NCBI GenBank assembly: GCA_001655205.1
Contig: LPNZ01010086.1
Location: forward strand, 1-33,367
Direction of reading: 5' to 3'
Source: Lenisia limosa
Lineage: Eukaryota; Protista; Breviatea
DNA length: 33,367 nt
Part shown: positions 12,143-22,861 of the stretch, one piece after another
Position numbering within the stretch: position 1 is the stretch's first letter
Layout: each line of letters starts with the position of its first letter
Notes under the pieces: model-generated
The model's input: the letters and a program-made list of their open reading frames with translations, nothing else
What the model was told of the DNA's origin: nothing
Databases searched by the model: none
Translations under genes and position numbers: made by a program

Positions 12143-14514
12143 ATGAACTTCCAGAAACAAAGCAACCCCCCACTAATCATTCCCCTGAAGTCCTCAAAAA
12201 TGTCACCCCTCCAATGTTCGATGAAGAAGGAAAGTAAACCATTACCCTGTGCTGCTGTAACCCCATGTTTCAAACGCGGATTTGACTGTTCAGTCGTTCC
12301 CCACCGCGCCCCTCTACCCCCCTGTCCCCGGCTCCCACAGACTCAAAACAGGCGCATATGCGCAAGTTACGCGAACGCAACAAAACGGGTCTGCGTTACG
12401 TGATTTGAAATGCCTCCTGAACTCTTGTTGGCTCAATGAAACTTCTCGATTGCCTACACAGCCAACTCCTCTAGTGTGGCACTTCAGCAAAACCGGACTG
12501 AGGCGATGTGATGACCCTGAGACCGGCACTCTACCTGGCCGGTTCCCTCTGGAGCTCGTGGACCATGCTTCGAAGACGAGGGTCCGTCTTATGTGGGACT
12601 CACCCCCACGAAAGGTCTTGATCATCAAGAAGCGTAATGAGCCAAAGATCACTCAGATCCTAATGGAAATGGCCAAGTATGGGGACTGGTGACTCTTTAA
12701 GATACTATCGAGCAGGTGCAGGCACCATATGAAATCCCTTATCATAAATGTCTTGTGAAAGAACCTTTTTCAAACGTATATGTTGTTAAAGATCTTTGTA
12801 TCAACAAGCAAGAGTATTAGTATAGCATCATTCATTACAATGAAGGTGGCTGAAGGAAGAAAAGAACATCGATGTTACAGTGGAAGAAAAGGTGTGTTAT
12901 CTCCTGTCATGCCAATATTGCCTGTACAAGACAAAGCGACTTTGTCCACTCACCTTTTCCTAATAGTCCAAATTTGTTGGTTGCTTTATGTTCCTGAGTG
13001 TGACACGACAGGTGGCAGCAGATACTGGGCTGGAAGCTTTCGATGACACTGATGTTGACCGGTTAGCCCAAAGCACAGACTTCATAGTGTGCCTTGGGGG
13101 GGACGGTACATTGCTACACGTCAACGCCATCTTCTATGGCAGGTGTGCTGGGCGCTCCTTTGAAATAAGATTGTACAGAATCAAGGAATTCAACAAGGAA
13201 AAAAGGGTGATTATTTGCATAAGCAACTGTTTATAGGATCAATATTGCAAAGAGATTACAATAATATAGCATATTTGAACCCTAGCACAGGCATATTTCT
13301 AACTGACCCCCCCCCCCCCCNNNNNNNNNNNNNNNNNNNNNNNNNNNNNNNNNNNNNNNNNNNNNNNNNNNNNNNNNNNNNNNNNNNNNNNNNNNNNNNN
13401 NNNNNNNNNGAGGTGGAGGACTTCAGAGAAAACATCCAAGATGTTATTGAAGGTAGGAGTCTGGCGTAATATGATGGAATGAAAATGGAACAATTTGAAA
13501 ATACAGGACGCTGCTTCTTGACCCTTCGGTCTAGGCTGAGAACTAAGATCTGGGTGCATAGAGACGGCCAGCTACAGAAGGTGGGCTTGACTTTGGGGTT
13601 ATTTACAAATGAGATTGTTTTTTGGTTTTTTGACAGGATGTGTTTTTCATAAAGTCAGCACGGGTGTGGATCGATGATGTGATGGTATAACCAACCTCCC
13701 AGATTACTGGCCCGGAAGTACGACAAGGTTTATGTCTCAATGACGTTGTTATTGACAGAGGACCGCAGCCCTCAATGGTTAACTTGGAGCTGCATATCAA
13801 CGGTAAGCTACGGCCAAGCTAGTACTTAAATACTCGCTTATCGGAGCATTACTGGGTTTAGTTATAATGAAAAGGGCTGCTTATCCTTTGAAGAAATGAT
13901 AGACCCTTAACACTGCAGACATCAACATCACGAACCTCACTTCGGACGGGGTCATTATTTCTACAACCACTGGGTCTACTGCGTACTCTCTGGCTGGTTG
14001 GCTGGAAAGGGTTTTCGTTTTGTATTCACAAACCATCGTTTGTCAGAAGCATATCCATTGGGCCGTTTGAATGGGATATTTAGCTCACTTGACCAGCCGG
14101 CGGCTCAATGTGCCATCCCATGCTCCCTGGCCTACTCATCACCCCCATCTGTCCACACTCTCTGTCCACACGCCCCCTCATCCTGCCCGACTCATGTGAT
14201 GTTAAGCTCATTGTCGCCAAAGGTATGTCCTATGATGTGGCACGAAGAAAATCAAACATGATTGTCATTTTGTAACTGGATAGAATCGCGGGGTAGTGCC
14301 TATGTTTCTCTGGACGGCCGCACTCCCATCAAAATTCAGCCCGAAGACTACGTGCATATCCAAATGTCACGTCAGCCTGTTCCTTGTAAGTATTGACTGT
14401 ACTTGTGATGATAATTCAGGCGTGAATCGAGTGGATGATGTTGGTGACTGGTTCAACAGCCTTGCCGAATGCCTTCATTGGAACAACAGAAGACCACAAA
14501 AAGTGCTCCTCTAA
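12143..14514 (+). CDS. NADK: NAD+ kinase, multi-exon
   Basis: Motifs [13 protein letters not shown] (GGDG), [46 protein letters not shown] and [12 protein letters not shown]. Stop TAA at 14512-14514. N-terminal exons are less certain. Confidence 0.96.
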
Positions 14515-14552
14515 TGTGTACAGTTTTGTTTATGTTTCTATTTATTGTTTCC

Positions 14553-17500
14553 TTAGAGTTTCAATTTGGCACAACCATAATTACCTTTGTAAATAATACC
14601 ATAAACGGACAAAGAAAAGCAAAGAAAGACAAACAACGTTGTGTCGTCACCACCCGGAGCCAAAACTGATATCTGCTGAGTTGTAGGACCAATTTGACTG
14701 TGTCTGTGGGGTAAGTTGTGGAAGGATTCAAAACTGCAGAGAGACAAAGACACTCATCTACCATTGGGGTATGGAATCCCTGGGGTTTCTGAATTGGAGG
14801 AGTGGGTTGAACTGGCTTCTAAACATTATCAGGTCAACACAACATTTTACATAATATCATTCAAGCGCTTCTAAATCTGGAAGTGTTTTGAAGAGCAAAT
14901 GCGAATTCCAACACCAAATCGGTTAATACCTGCTAATTGTCCCAATAAAAGACCCGACCTACAAGTGGGGCTGCAGCAGGCTTGAGCTTGTGAGCGGGCT
15001 TGGGTTCATTTGGGGGCTGTTTTAGGGTAAGGTTTAAACTGGTTAAAAACAAAGTGGAAAATAATTTAACATGTGCTGAAGAAATACCATTACCTCATAC
15101 ACTGAGTTTGGGTTCAGACTTGGATTGAGAAATGGATTTCTGAAAAATAACAAAATTGACAACTGTATTTCTTTTACAAGTCTTTGATTTAGTCCGTTTA
15201 CTCCACCTGATAACTCACAATAGAAATCAGTTAACTCAATATTTCAATAGCCCTCGATTCCCCTATCCCCACAGTGACATTGCTGCCTACACCGAGATGT
15301 AGAGACTCAAAACTTTCTTCAATTGGTTCGGCCAAAAAAGAGGGACCGCTGAACTTTTGCTGGGGTTGTGGCGCCTGTGGTGGTCAACACTAGGGCTTCC
15401 CTGTGGTCTGAAAATGACCAGTAAAACATTGATATTTATCGAGGTTTTATCCAGAAATTCGGTCTTTTTTGGGATCGTAGGGAAGCCCCAGTCAACACTG
15501 AACAAAGTTGAAGTTGTTTCGTGAAAGAATGAGATTAACCAGAAGAAACCCTGCTTGCCTTCTTTGTAACAGGAGTAGCATTAGAGGTAGCGTTGGGAGC
15601 AGTCGTTGCTGATGACGGTGTTGAGAGAGTTGGAGACAAGGCTGACGCCGGCGATAAAGCGGGCGTGTCTTGGACATGATGGGGGGTCAGGCTGTGCTGT
15701 TGGACGGGCGTCTTAAAGGTCGCTTCACCACTCTTCTGTGTACTCTGGGGTGTAGCAAACTGAGAATGACTATTGGTGGCTTTCTGGACCGGATTCTGGG
15801 GGATTCCAAACACGGTTTTCTGTATGGAATTTGATCCTGGTCGCTTTGCCCATGGGTTGACCGTGGGAGATGCGTTAGCTGACGTGCCCCAGGGGTTACT
15901 TCCTCCCGGCTTCTGACCCTGGGCCAGTGACCATGGATTGGCCTTGGTTTGCGAGGGCGACGGCTGCGATGGTGTATGCGGTGGTTGATTTTCTTGGGTG
16001 AAGGGATGAGATGGGTGATTTTCTTGGGTGAAGGGATGAGATGAGTGATTTTCTTGGGCGAAAGGATGAGATGGTTGATTTTCTTGGGCGAAAGGATGAG
16101 ATGGTTGATTTTCTTGGGTGAAGGGATGAGATGGGTGATTTTCTTGGGCGAAAGGATGAGATGGTTGATTTTCTTGGGCGAAAGGATGAGATGGTTTGTT
16201 CATTTGGCTGAAAGAATGCGTTGACTCTGTGACATCTTGAGATGGCGCCATGAAGTTAGGCTTGCCGAAACTCTTGGGGGGCTTGTCGCCAAATGACGTA
16301 TCGTCTACTTCCGAATTAGGCAAGTTCAGCGGCTGTGAGCTGAACCATTCCGAGGACTCACGGTGATCCGTGATCATGTTGCTGCAGGAATTATCGGAAG
16401 CGCTTTCGTTATCAACAAAGCCGGGCCTTGACATTATGGATGAGTGTGCCGCAACAGAAGGAGTCTGTTGGAGTGAGGAAGAAGCTAGCCACTTTATGTT
16501 ATTGTTACCTTGTGACAATCATACGCCTAGGATAAACCAGCTTACCCATTCATTGGTCTGAGGAACGAACGCCGCCTGCTTGGCTTTAAGTTCTTCAATC
16601 TGACGCTGCTGCTCCTGCATTAGTTGCATCTGCTGAGTGTACTGCTCCTTGTGCTTTTGAACCTCGTCTTGGTGGCTGCTGATGGATGGCTGAGATGGAA
16701 CTAAAATGTGCATGGTGAATGGTTAAGAAAAATACCCCAGGTATACGATAATATGTATATGCCTGTGATAGATCATATGATATATGTTTTGCATACAATC
16801 ATATCATATGATATGTGATGAAGTGACGTTTTGAGTTCTTTTTCATTTACCCCCCCCCCCCTTCATACACTGTGAAGTTGAAGATGTAAAAGGATTTTGA
16901 GTTGAAGGGGTAGAGAAAGGACTGCTTCGTGCTGATGGTTGGGAAGGGGTTGCAAAAGACGTTGATGGTGGCTTGGAGGCGGATGATGGTGGTGAAGGGA
17001 GTTGTGCGGGGGAAGGTGGATGGGTCAGAGTGCTGAAAGGGGATTGGTAATGCGATTGTGAAGTTTTCGCTGGCAAAGGAGAAGCAAAGTACTTGTTGAC
17101 AGCCTTGTCCAGAATACCTTCTGTGGAATCCAAATATTCCATAACCTGAACGATGAGAGCTTGTTTATCTACCAATTTTGGACCATATGGTAATACGACA
17201 GATAATAGAACACAAACCTGTTCTCTTGGGAGAGGGCCTGTAACCATTTGAAACTCCGAAATCTTATCTTCAGAATAATTGGGCGATGTAGTGGCTGCAG
17301 TAAGTAAGGGGGGACTGGAAAGAGACTCATGTGCCTCTGGGGTTCTACATTCAGAAGCCTGCATAAAGAGATCGACAGCTCGCTCAGCGTTCCCCTTTGC
17401 TTCGAAGTAATACGCCTAAGGAATTAACCTGATCAATTCATGGAGTGTGCCATCTGATCTGCGCCCTCACCAGCAGAGTAGAGTCTGAAGGTCCAGCACC

Positions 17501-19206
17501 AACAATGAACCTCATCTGCTTGAGACCTTCGTCCTGGTCGGCCTCTTTCGCAGGTTCGGATTGCTGCGAGGGCTGAAATGTTGGTTGAAGGATCTCTGAC
17601 AAACCTTGTCTTCATGAAGCATAGAGCTTTCTTCACTTATCAACTTATCAAGAGCTTTCTGATAATCACCATAAAACTCTTTACTGGCCTGACAAGTAAT
17701 TAGTCAGGGTCGAGGTAAAAAGGCGTAATAAACATTTGCGTACCGCCCTGAGTTGATCTTTGGTGAAGCGGGTGTCTCCAACCATTGTCAGTAAACTGTG
17801 AACACAGGTCTCATATTCTGTGGGGGTATTGTTAGTTATATAAATGCATATAATACCACAATGTCGCAATACATAAAGTATTATTGCTCACCTCCAATAC
17901 TGGGTTTATTTGACCACTTTGAAACCTCAGTCAGTTTAGGCTTAAAAGTTGAGAAGAAAAATAGAAACAATCAAAAGATGGCACTTGAATGAATGTTAAT
18001 GGACTTATATCTTCAAACCTTGATATAATCAGGAGTTAAATCTGGCTGCGATACAGAGGAGAATGGGTTGGCTTCCTAGGAATAATGTCAAAAAAGAGAG
18101 GTAATACAAAGAGATAACTGTTTAGTCATCTTCTTTCCTCATAACAATACTAAATACCATACAGCTGGAGATAGGTCACCAGGGAATCCCGGGTTCTTAA
18201 CGTGTCAATCACGAACAAAAATCAGTGGTTAATGAGGGCCATACCAGAGGGGGTGGAGTCATTGTCTTTCTCACAATTGGCTCATTCTTTTGTTTCTTCT
18301 TTTTACGCTGGAAAATGAAACTGCAGTAAGTCGAATTAACCCTCATTATTCCCATATATTTTACCAGAAGCTCTGATCTCTGCTTACTTGACGCTTTTGT
18401 TTCCTAAGAAATGAGAACTAGTTGGAACTTCAAAAAAGAAAGTGGGGGTTTCAAATCGAATCCTTACACCATCATATTTCAAATCGAATCCTTACACCAT
18501 CATATTTTCATGATTGTAGTTACATATCATATTTATTAAGATATAAACAGCACTACTCATTTTTTCTCACCCGTGGAAAGCCTCGAGGTTGAGCTGGGAT
18601 TCTCCTGCGGCTGAGTGGTGAGAGGAGAACGAGCTAAGAGAGTAAAATATTTCTGCTTACCAGCCTTCTTAGTCAAATTAGACATTGCTGCTGACATTTT
18701 CTAAGATATAAGGATTCCTTACAAGGCTCAATTGTACAACCACACTGTTACTGTAGGAAATTTGATTTCCTCCTCTGCCTGCTTTTCTTCTTTCTTGTGT
18801 TGCTTGATCCATCTACACTATCACCAATTTGCATCCGGTTTATTTCAAACAACCCCCAAAATGACAGTACGCCCATCCCACTCCTTTGCGATTTTCTGCT
18901 GCTTTCTGTTGTAGCTTGTCGCATAGTCCCTTAGTGATTAACTGATATTTCCAAATCACCACTGATGGACCCATATTTTCCCACAATTTTTCTGGTAAAA
19001 AATCACATTAAAGCACAGTCTTGTTTTCACGCAACAAGGAAAAAAAAAAACGCAAGGCTTACATATGGTTCTGTCTCTTAATGGAGTCCCACTTTGCTTC
19101 CTCTGACTTCTTCCACTGCGTCATATCCTTGGAAGTAAACAAAGTGAAGACTTAACCAGGTCCTTACTGCTGGATTAGCTGAGCGTGGAGGAGGAGGTGC
19201 AGGCAT
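14553..19206 (-). CDS. Large, mostly disordered protein with three UBA/CUE-like domains, HPF decapeptide repeats and NPW/NPF motifs
   Basis: In-frame spliced path from MPAPPPPRSANPA. Three UBA/CUE-like segments: CVHSLLTMVGDTRFTKDQLRAASKEFYGDYQKALDKLI (about 17600-17815), AYYFEAKGNAERAVDLFM (about 17360-17415) and KISEFQMVTG..VMEYLDSTEGILDKAVNKYF (about 17080-17265). Large exon corresponds to ORF 15535-16518. The 5' and 3' limits are approximate. Confidence 0.72.
15982..16195 (-). repeat. 30-bp coding tandem repeat, about 7 copies, encoding SHPF(A/T)QEN(Q/H)P
   Basis: Unit gatgagatgg(t/g)tgattttcttggg(c/t)gaa(a/g)g repeats on the + strand. It translates in ORF 15535..16518 as SHPFAQENQP-type decapeptides. 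Confidence 0.97.
18449..18504. repeat. 28-bp perfect tandem duplication (intronic)
   Basis: tttcaaatcgaatccttacaccatcata occurs twice, at 18449 and 18477. Confidence 0.95.
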
Positions 19207-19471
19207 CTTGGTCCCTCTTGTGATGGAAGAGAGGGTCCAATGGAAGTATCAGCCTTGTGAACAAGCACGAGAGAAGCGTTTGAGCGTCTAATATATTTAA
19301 TAAAACAGATAGCTGGTTTTATTTCAAGGTAGCACGAAGAGGAGGCTGAGAGGAGGTGAGTGTTTTCTGCGGTTGGGACAAAAAGTCGAGATACTTTATC
19401 GAAGTTTATCGACTTACCTTGCCTCTGGTCTTTCTTTTCTTAACAACAAAAGCAGCAATTATTAAAATAAA

Positions 19472-21679
19472 ATGATGGGTGGGTGAGCAGCAAAGGTTAA
19501 CGTTTTCTCACAATCAGCAGATAGGTCCCTCCACCATATTGACAGCATGATTGAGTCGCTTGAAGCTGACCTTGGTATTACCCCCTCCCAGGTGAGTATC
19601 GATTCAGGTATACTTAATTTAACAGCAGACTTACAGCACCCTCTCTACGGAGGGTACTATACTCACCCATTCAGGTTGACGCCAAGGCTTACTTCAAGAT
19701 AAACCCTGATGTTACTCTTAAGAAAGTATGGAGGAATCTTTCTTTTGGATCTTATTTGTGATGAAGGATAATTTTTATTCTTGCAGGAAAAGTGTAAGGA
19801 ATGCAACTATGTGCTGGCTCTTCCCATTGACACAAAGTGCCCCTTGTGCTCATGCCCACTGTGAGATGGAATGCATCCACAAGCAGATTGTTTTTGTTTC
19901 CAGGGATATGTGTTGTGTTCAATTGTTGAGCCAAATATGTCCAAAACCCCTGTCCAAGGTGATGAGGCTCAGAATAGTGTTTATTTGAGTAGGGCTGGTG
20001 CCAAGTCGGCTGAAGCTGCCAAAATTCAGGTTCGTCAGGGGTATTGAGCTATTCATTATATCATTCAACTTCGCTAACAACAGTATAGGAGAAGAAGGAG
20101 GAGAAGAAGGAAAGACCTGCCAACCCTGAGGGAAAGCAAGGAAAGAAGAAAGAAAAGAAAAAGGATAAGCCTGCTCCAGCACCCCAGGTTCCCCAAACTC
20201 CTGAAGGTGACTTCTCCCTTTGCCATCTTCAGGTTTGGTAGATGGGCTTTTATGAATAGCAGATGTTGGACTGGGTTAAGGATTTGTAAAAAAAACTGAA
20301 ATCATTCAGGTGTCACGTTTGACTAATGTCCAAAACCACCCTAAGGCTGATAAGCTCTATGTTGCGCAGGTTTGTGAGGTGTTTTGACCACATGTAGATT
20401 AATGTTTGAAAAAGAATGGTAAAATAATGTATCATGATATCATACGTTTTGGTTGCTTTTGGACTTACTTATGGGAAACCTACCCGTTTTTAAAGGGTTT
20501 TTGCAAGTATGTACGCTATATTTACATATATATATATTGTGATATATGATATAGTATATATACTACTACATATCATATGATATATAAATATGATGATATC
20601 GTGTTTGAAAAGTTGCATCATGATCGGATAAGATGGGTTTGAATACCAGTGTATATGTTTGTACAACGTGAAGAGATTGTTTGTATCCTTAATGGATAGG
20701 ATTATTGGAGACGCATTTGATGTGTCGGTCTAATAAGCAGGTTGACGTTGGAGGTGGAGAATTTAAGGCCCTTGTTGCTGGCTTGAAGAAGTACTATTCC
20801 GTTGAAGAACTGGAAGGTCGTCTTGTTGTCACCATCAGGTTTGTGCCATTTGTGCCTGGTGAAATCTTTTATGCTATTATCTCATTCCATAAAGAGAAGC
20901 GGTATATTGTAGTTTTTTTGACTTACTCGTATACCTTTGGTTTCTCAAAATAGACAGGTCCCATAAATTCTAAATATCGATGGTACCTGTCTTTTCGGGG
21001 CGTAGAGAGGCTGTAGTGATAGTTCAGGAACCTGAAGCCGTCAAAGCTCATGGGTGAGGTATCTGAAGTCATGGTGCTTGCTGCTGACGATGACGAAACT
21101 ACTAAACAAGACAAGGTGAGTGGGCCTTCTTTGAATCCGTTGATTTTCCAGGTCTTTGTGTTGCAGCCGCCTGAGGGGTCCGAGGTCGGCGACAAAGTGT
21201 TCCTCGAGGTATGTTAAGCAAGTGTTCTCCTGTCTCAACATCCCCTTCAATTCACCACTCAGGGGACAACGGTGTCTTCAGAGTGGCCTGCTCGTGTGAA
21301 TGAGAAGGTGCGTGATGGTGAAGTTTTTGCTTCACCGAATCTCTCAATTAGCAGTCCGCATTTTGCGTTCACCATTTGGAATGTGGTGATGTATCAATAA
21401 TAATGTATAGGTGTGGAAGCGAGTCGTTCCTCTCCTCAAGGTTTCTGGTTTGAAGGGGGGTGGGGGGGGGGGTCGCTNNNNNNNNNNNNNNNNNNNNNNN
21501 NNNNNNNNNNNNNNNNNNNNNNNNNNNNNNNNNNNNNNNNNNNNNNNNNNNNNNNNNNNNNNNNTTGACCAGCCAATGCTTACAGTCCAGGCAACAAAGC
21601 ATGCTGTGACGGCAAGGCCCTCATGACCACCAAGGGCGTAGTCTCTTCGCCACTCTCTGAAGGCTCCGGTATCCATTAA
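19472..21679 (+). CDS. tRNA-binding (EMAP II/Arc1p/MetRS C-terminal OB-fold) domain protein with N-terminal Cys-rich putative Zn-binding domain and Lys-rich linker
   Basis: C-terminal motifs: NVQNHPKADKLYVAQVDVG, LVAGLKKYYSVEELEGRLVV, NLKPSKLMGEVSEVMVLAA, VLQPPEGSEVGDKVFLE and KVWKRVVPLLK. N-terminal CKEC-x10-CPLC. Linker EKKEEKKER..KKKEKKKDK. Stop TAA at 21677-21679. N-terminal splicing is anomalous (see findings). Confidence 0.88.
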
Positions 21680-21732
21680 ACTGTCGTGTTACCATTAAAT
21701 GTCGTGTCAATGAGCGGTACCATTAAACTGTC
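21673..21732. repeat. Three copies of ccattaaa(c)tgtc spanning the junction of two convergent genes
   Basis: Copies at 21673, 21692 (1-nt deletion) and 21720. Confidence 0.8.
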
Positions 21733-22670
21733 ACCATCATCTCTGTAGCATGGTCCACTAACGCAGAGAAGGCCTCAGGCCCAACACGGGCGACTCTTCT
21801 GAAGCCACTCTCAGATAGAGACTTGATAAGGTTGACAACATTAAGACCAAACTGTTTAGTGGAAACAATCCCAGCAACAGATTCTGCAATGGCAGGGATC
21901 TTTGAATACTCTTCGGACTCTTTTTCAGCCCCTCCATCCATCCCTATTTCCACATATCCTAACAGTAATTATGGTCCACGGTTATGGTCTTATGGTCACT
22001 CTCAACACCCACAACCGTTGGTCACTCTTATGATGCTCGTAATGCCATATTCTTTATCGTGGATATCGAGCATCCCTTCTTGCCCTGTGAAATTTCTGAT
22101 ACCCTCGCAACTTTCCATCGGTTATTTGTGCCCTGAGAACTGAATAGATCTCCGGGCACATCAGGAATCACGCATATCCTTCAGACGACCCGGCCCGGGG
22201 ACCAAGTAGCAAAAGTTGTCACACTCCGCCTTCCGCCGTGAAATCATGGGAGTACAAATCCTGGGGACTCTATCCTTGGAACTATCTATAATATATTGTC
22301 ATTGCTTCATTTGATTTCGATATGATTTGCCTCCACCCAACCACAAAGAATTGTAAGCAACGCGACAATTTCCGAAACTTCGCCCTTCTTCTTCTTTTTT
22401 TTTTTTTTTTTTTTANNNNNNNNNNNNNNNNNNNNNNNNNNNNNNNNNNNNNNNNNNNNNNNNNNNNNNNNNNNNNNNNNNNNNNNNNNNNNNNNNNNGT
22501 CTTTGGACGAAGGGCCCGGCTCGGGGAACTTTTTTAGAATCTTTGGAATCTTCATGGGGAGAAGGAATAAGTAAGAGAGATTGATTGAAGAGGGAGGAAC
22601 AGAAAGTTTGGTGGAAAGGGAAAAAAAAGGCCAAACAAACAACAATCAAAATCAAATCTACCTTCGGCAT
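21723..22670 (-). CDS. Hypothetical protein, multi-exon (spans N gap)
   Basis: ATG CCG AAG followed by a GT donor at 22670-22662 joins IPKILKKFPEP. Later exons give RVPRICTPMISRRKAECDNFCYLVPG and LDIHDKEYGITSIIRVTNG|YVEIGMDGG..RRVARVGPEAFSALVDHATEMMVTV*. One internal junction (about 22120-22170) is unresolved. Confidence 0.6.
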
Positions 22671-22861
22671 GGAGCTAAGGCCCCTCCACTCCACCCTCCG
22701 CATCCCTTCGTACTGTCATTGGCGCCTGATACTATTTTGAGCAAGTGGGAGGGAATTCTTTTTCCTGCGTAACCCGCTTCTCAACCCTATCACTAGCTTC
22801 TCTCCAAGGCGGCCTTGCTTCTCTCAATGAGGTCAATCCAGTGCCCAAGGCTTCTATTCTC

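Noticed and set aside
15982-16195. 30-bp repeat array as a CRISPR array
   Set aside because: There are no unique spacers, the repeats are in frame inside a coding exon, the context is eukaryotic, and no cas genes are present.
21710-21765. SECIS-like ATGA..AAA..hairpin downstream of the tRNA-binding gene
   Set aside because: There is partial pairing (ACCAT/ATGGT), but the 3' GA of the non-Watson-Crick quartet is missing and the region overlaps the opposite CDS. Not supportable without SECISearch3.
22122-22124. Apparent in-frame TAA in the hypothetical minus-strand gene (UAA=Gln?)
   Set aside because: Conserved genes here use TAA as stop. An unresolved splice junction is the simpler explanation.
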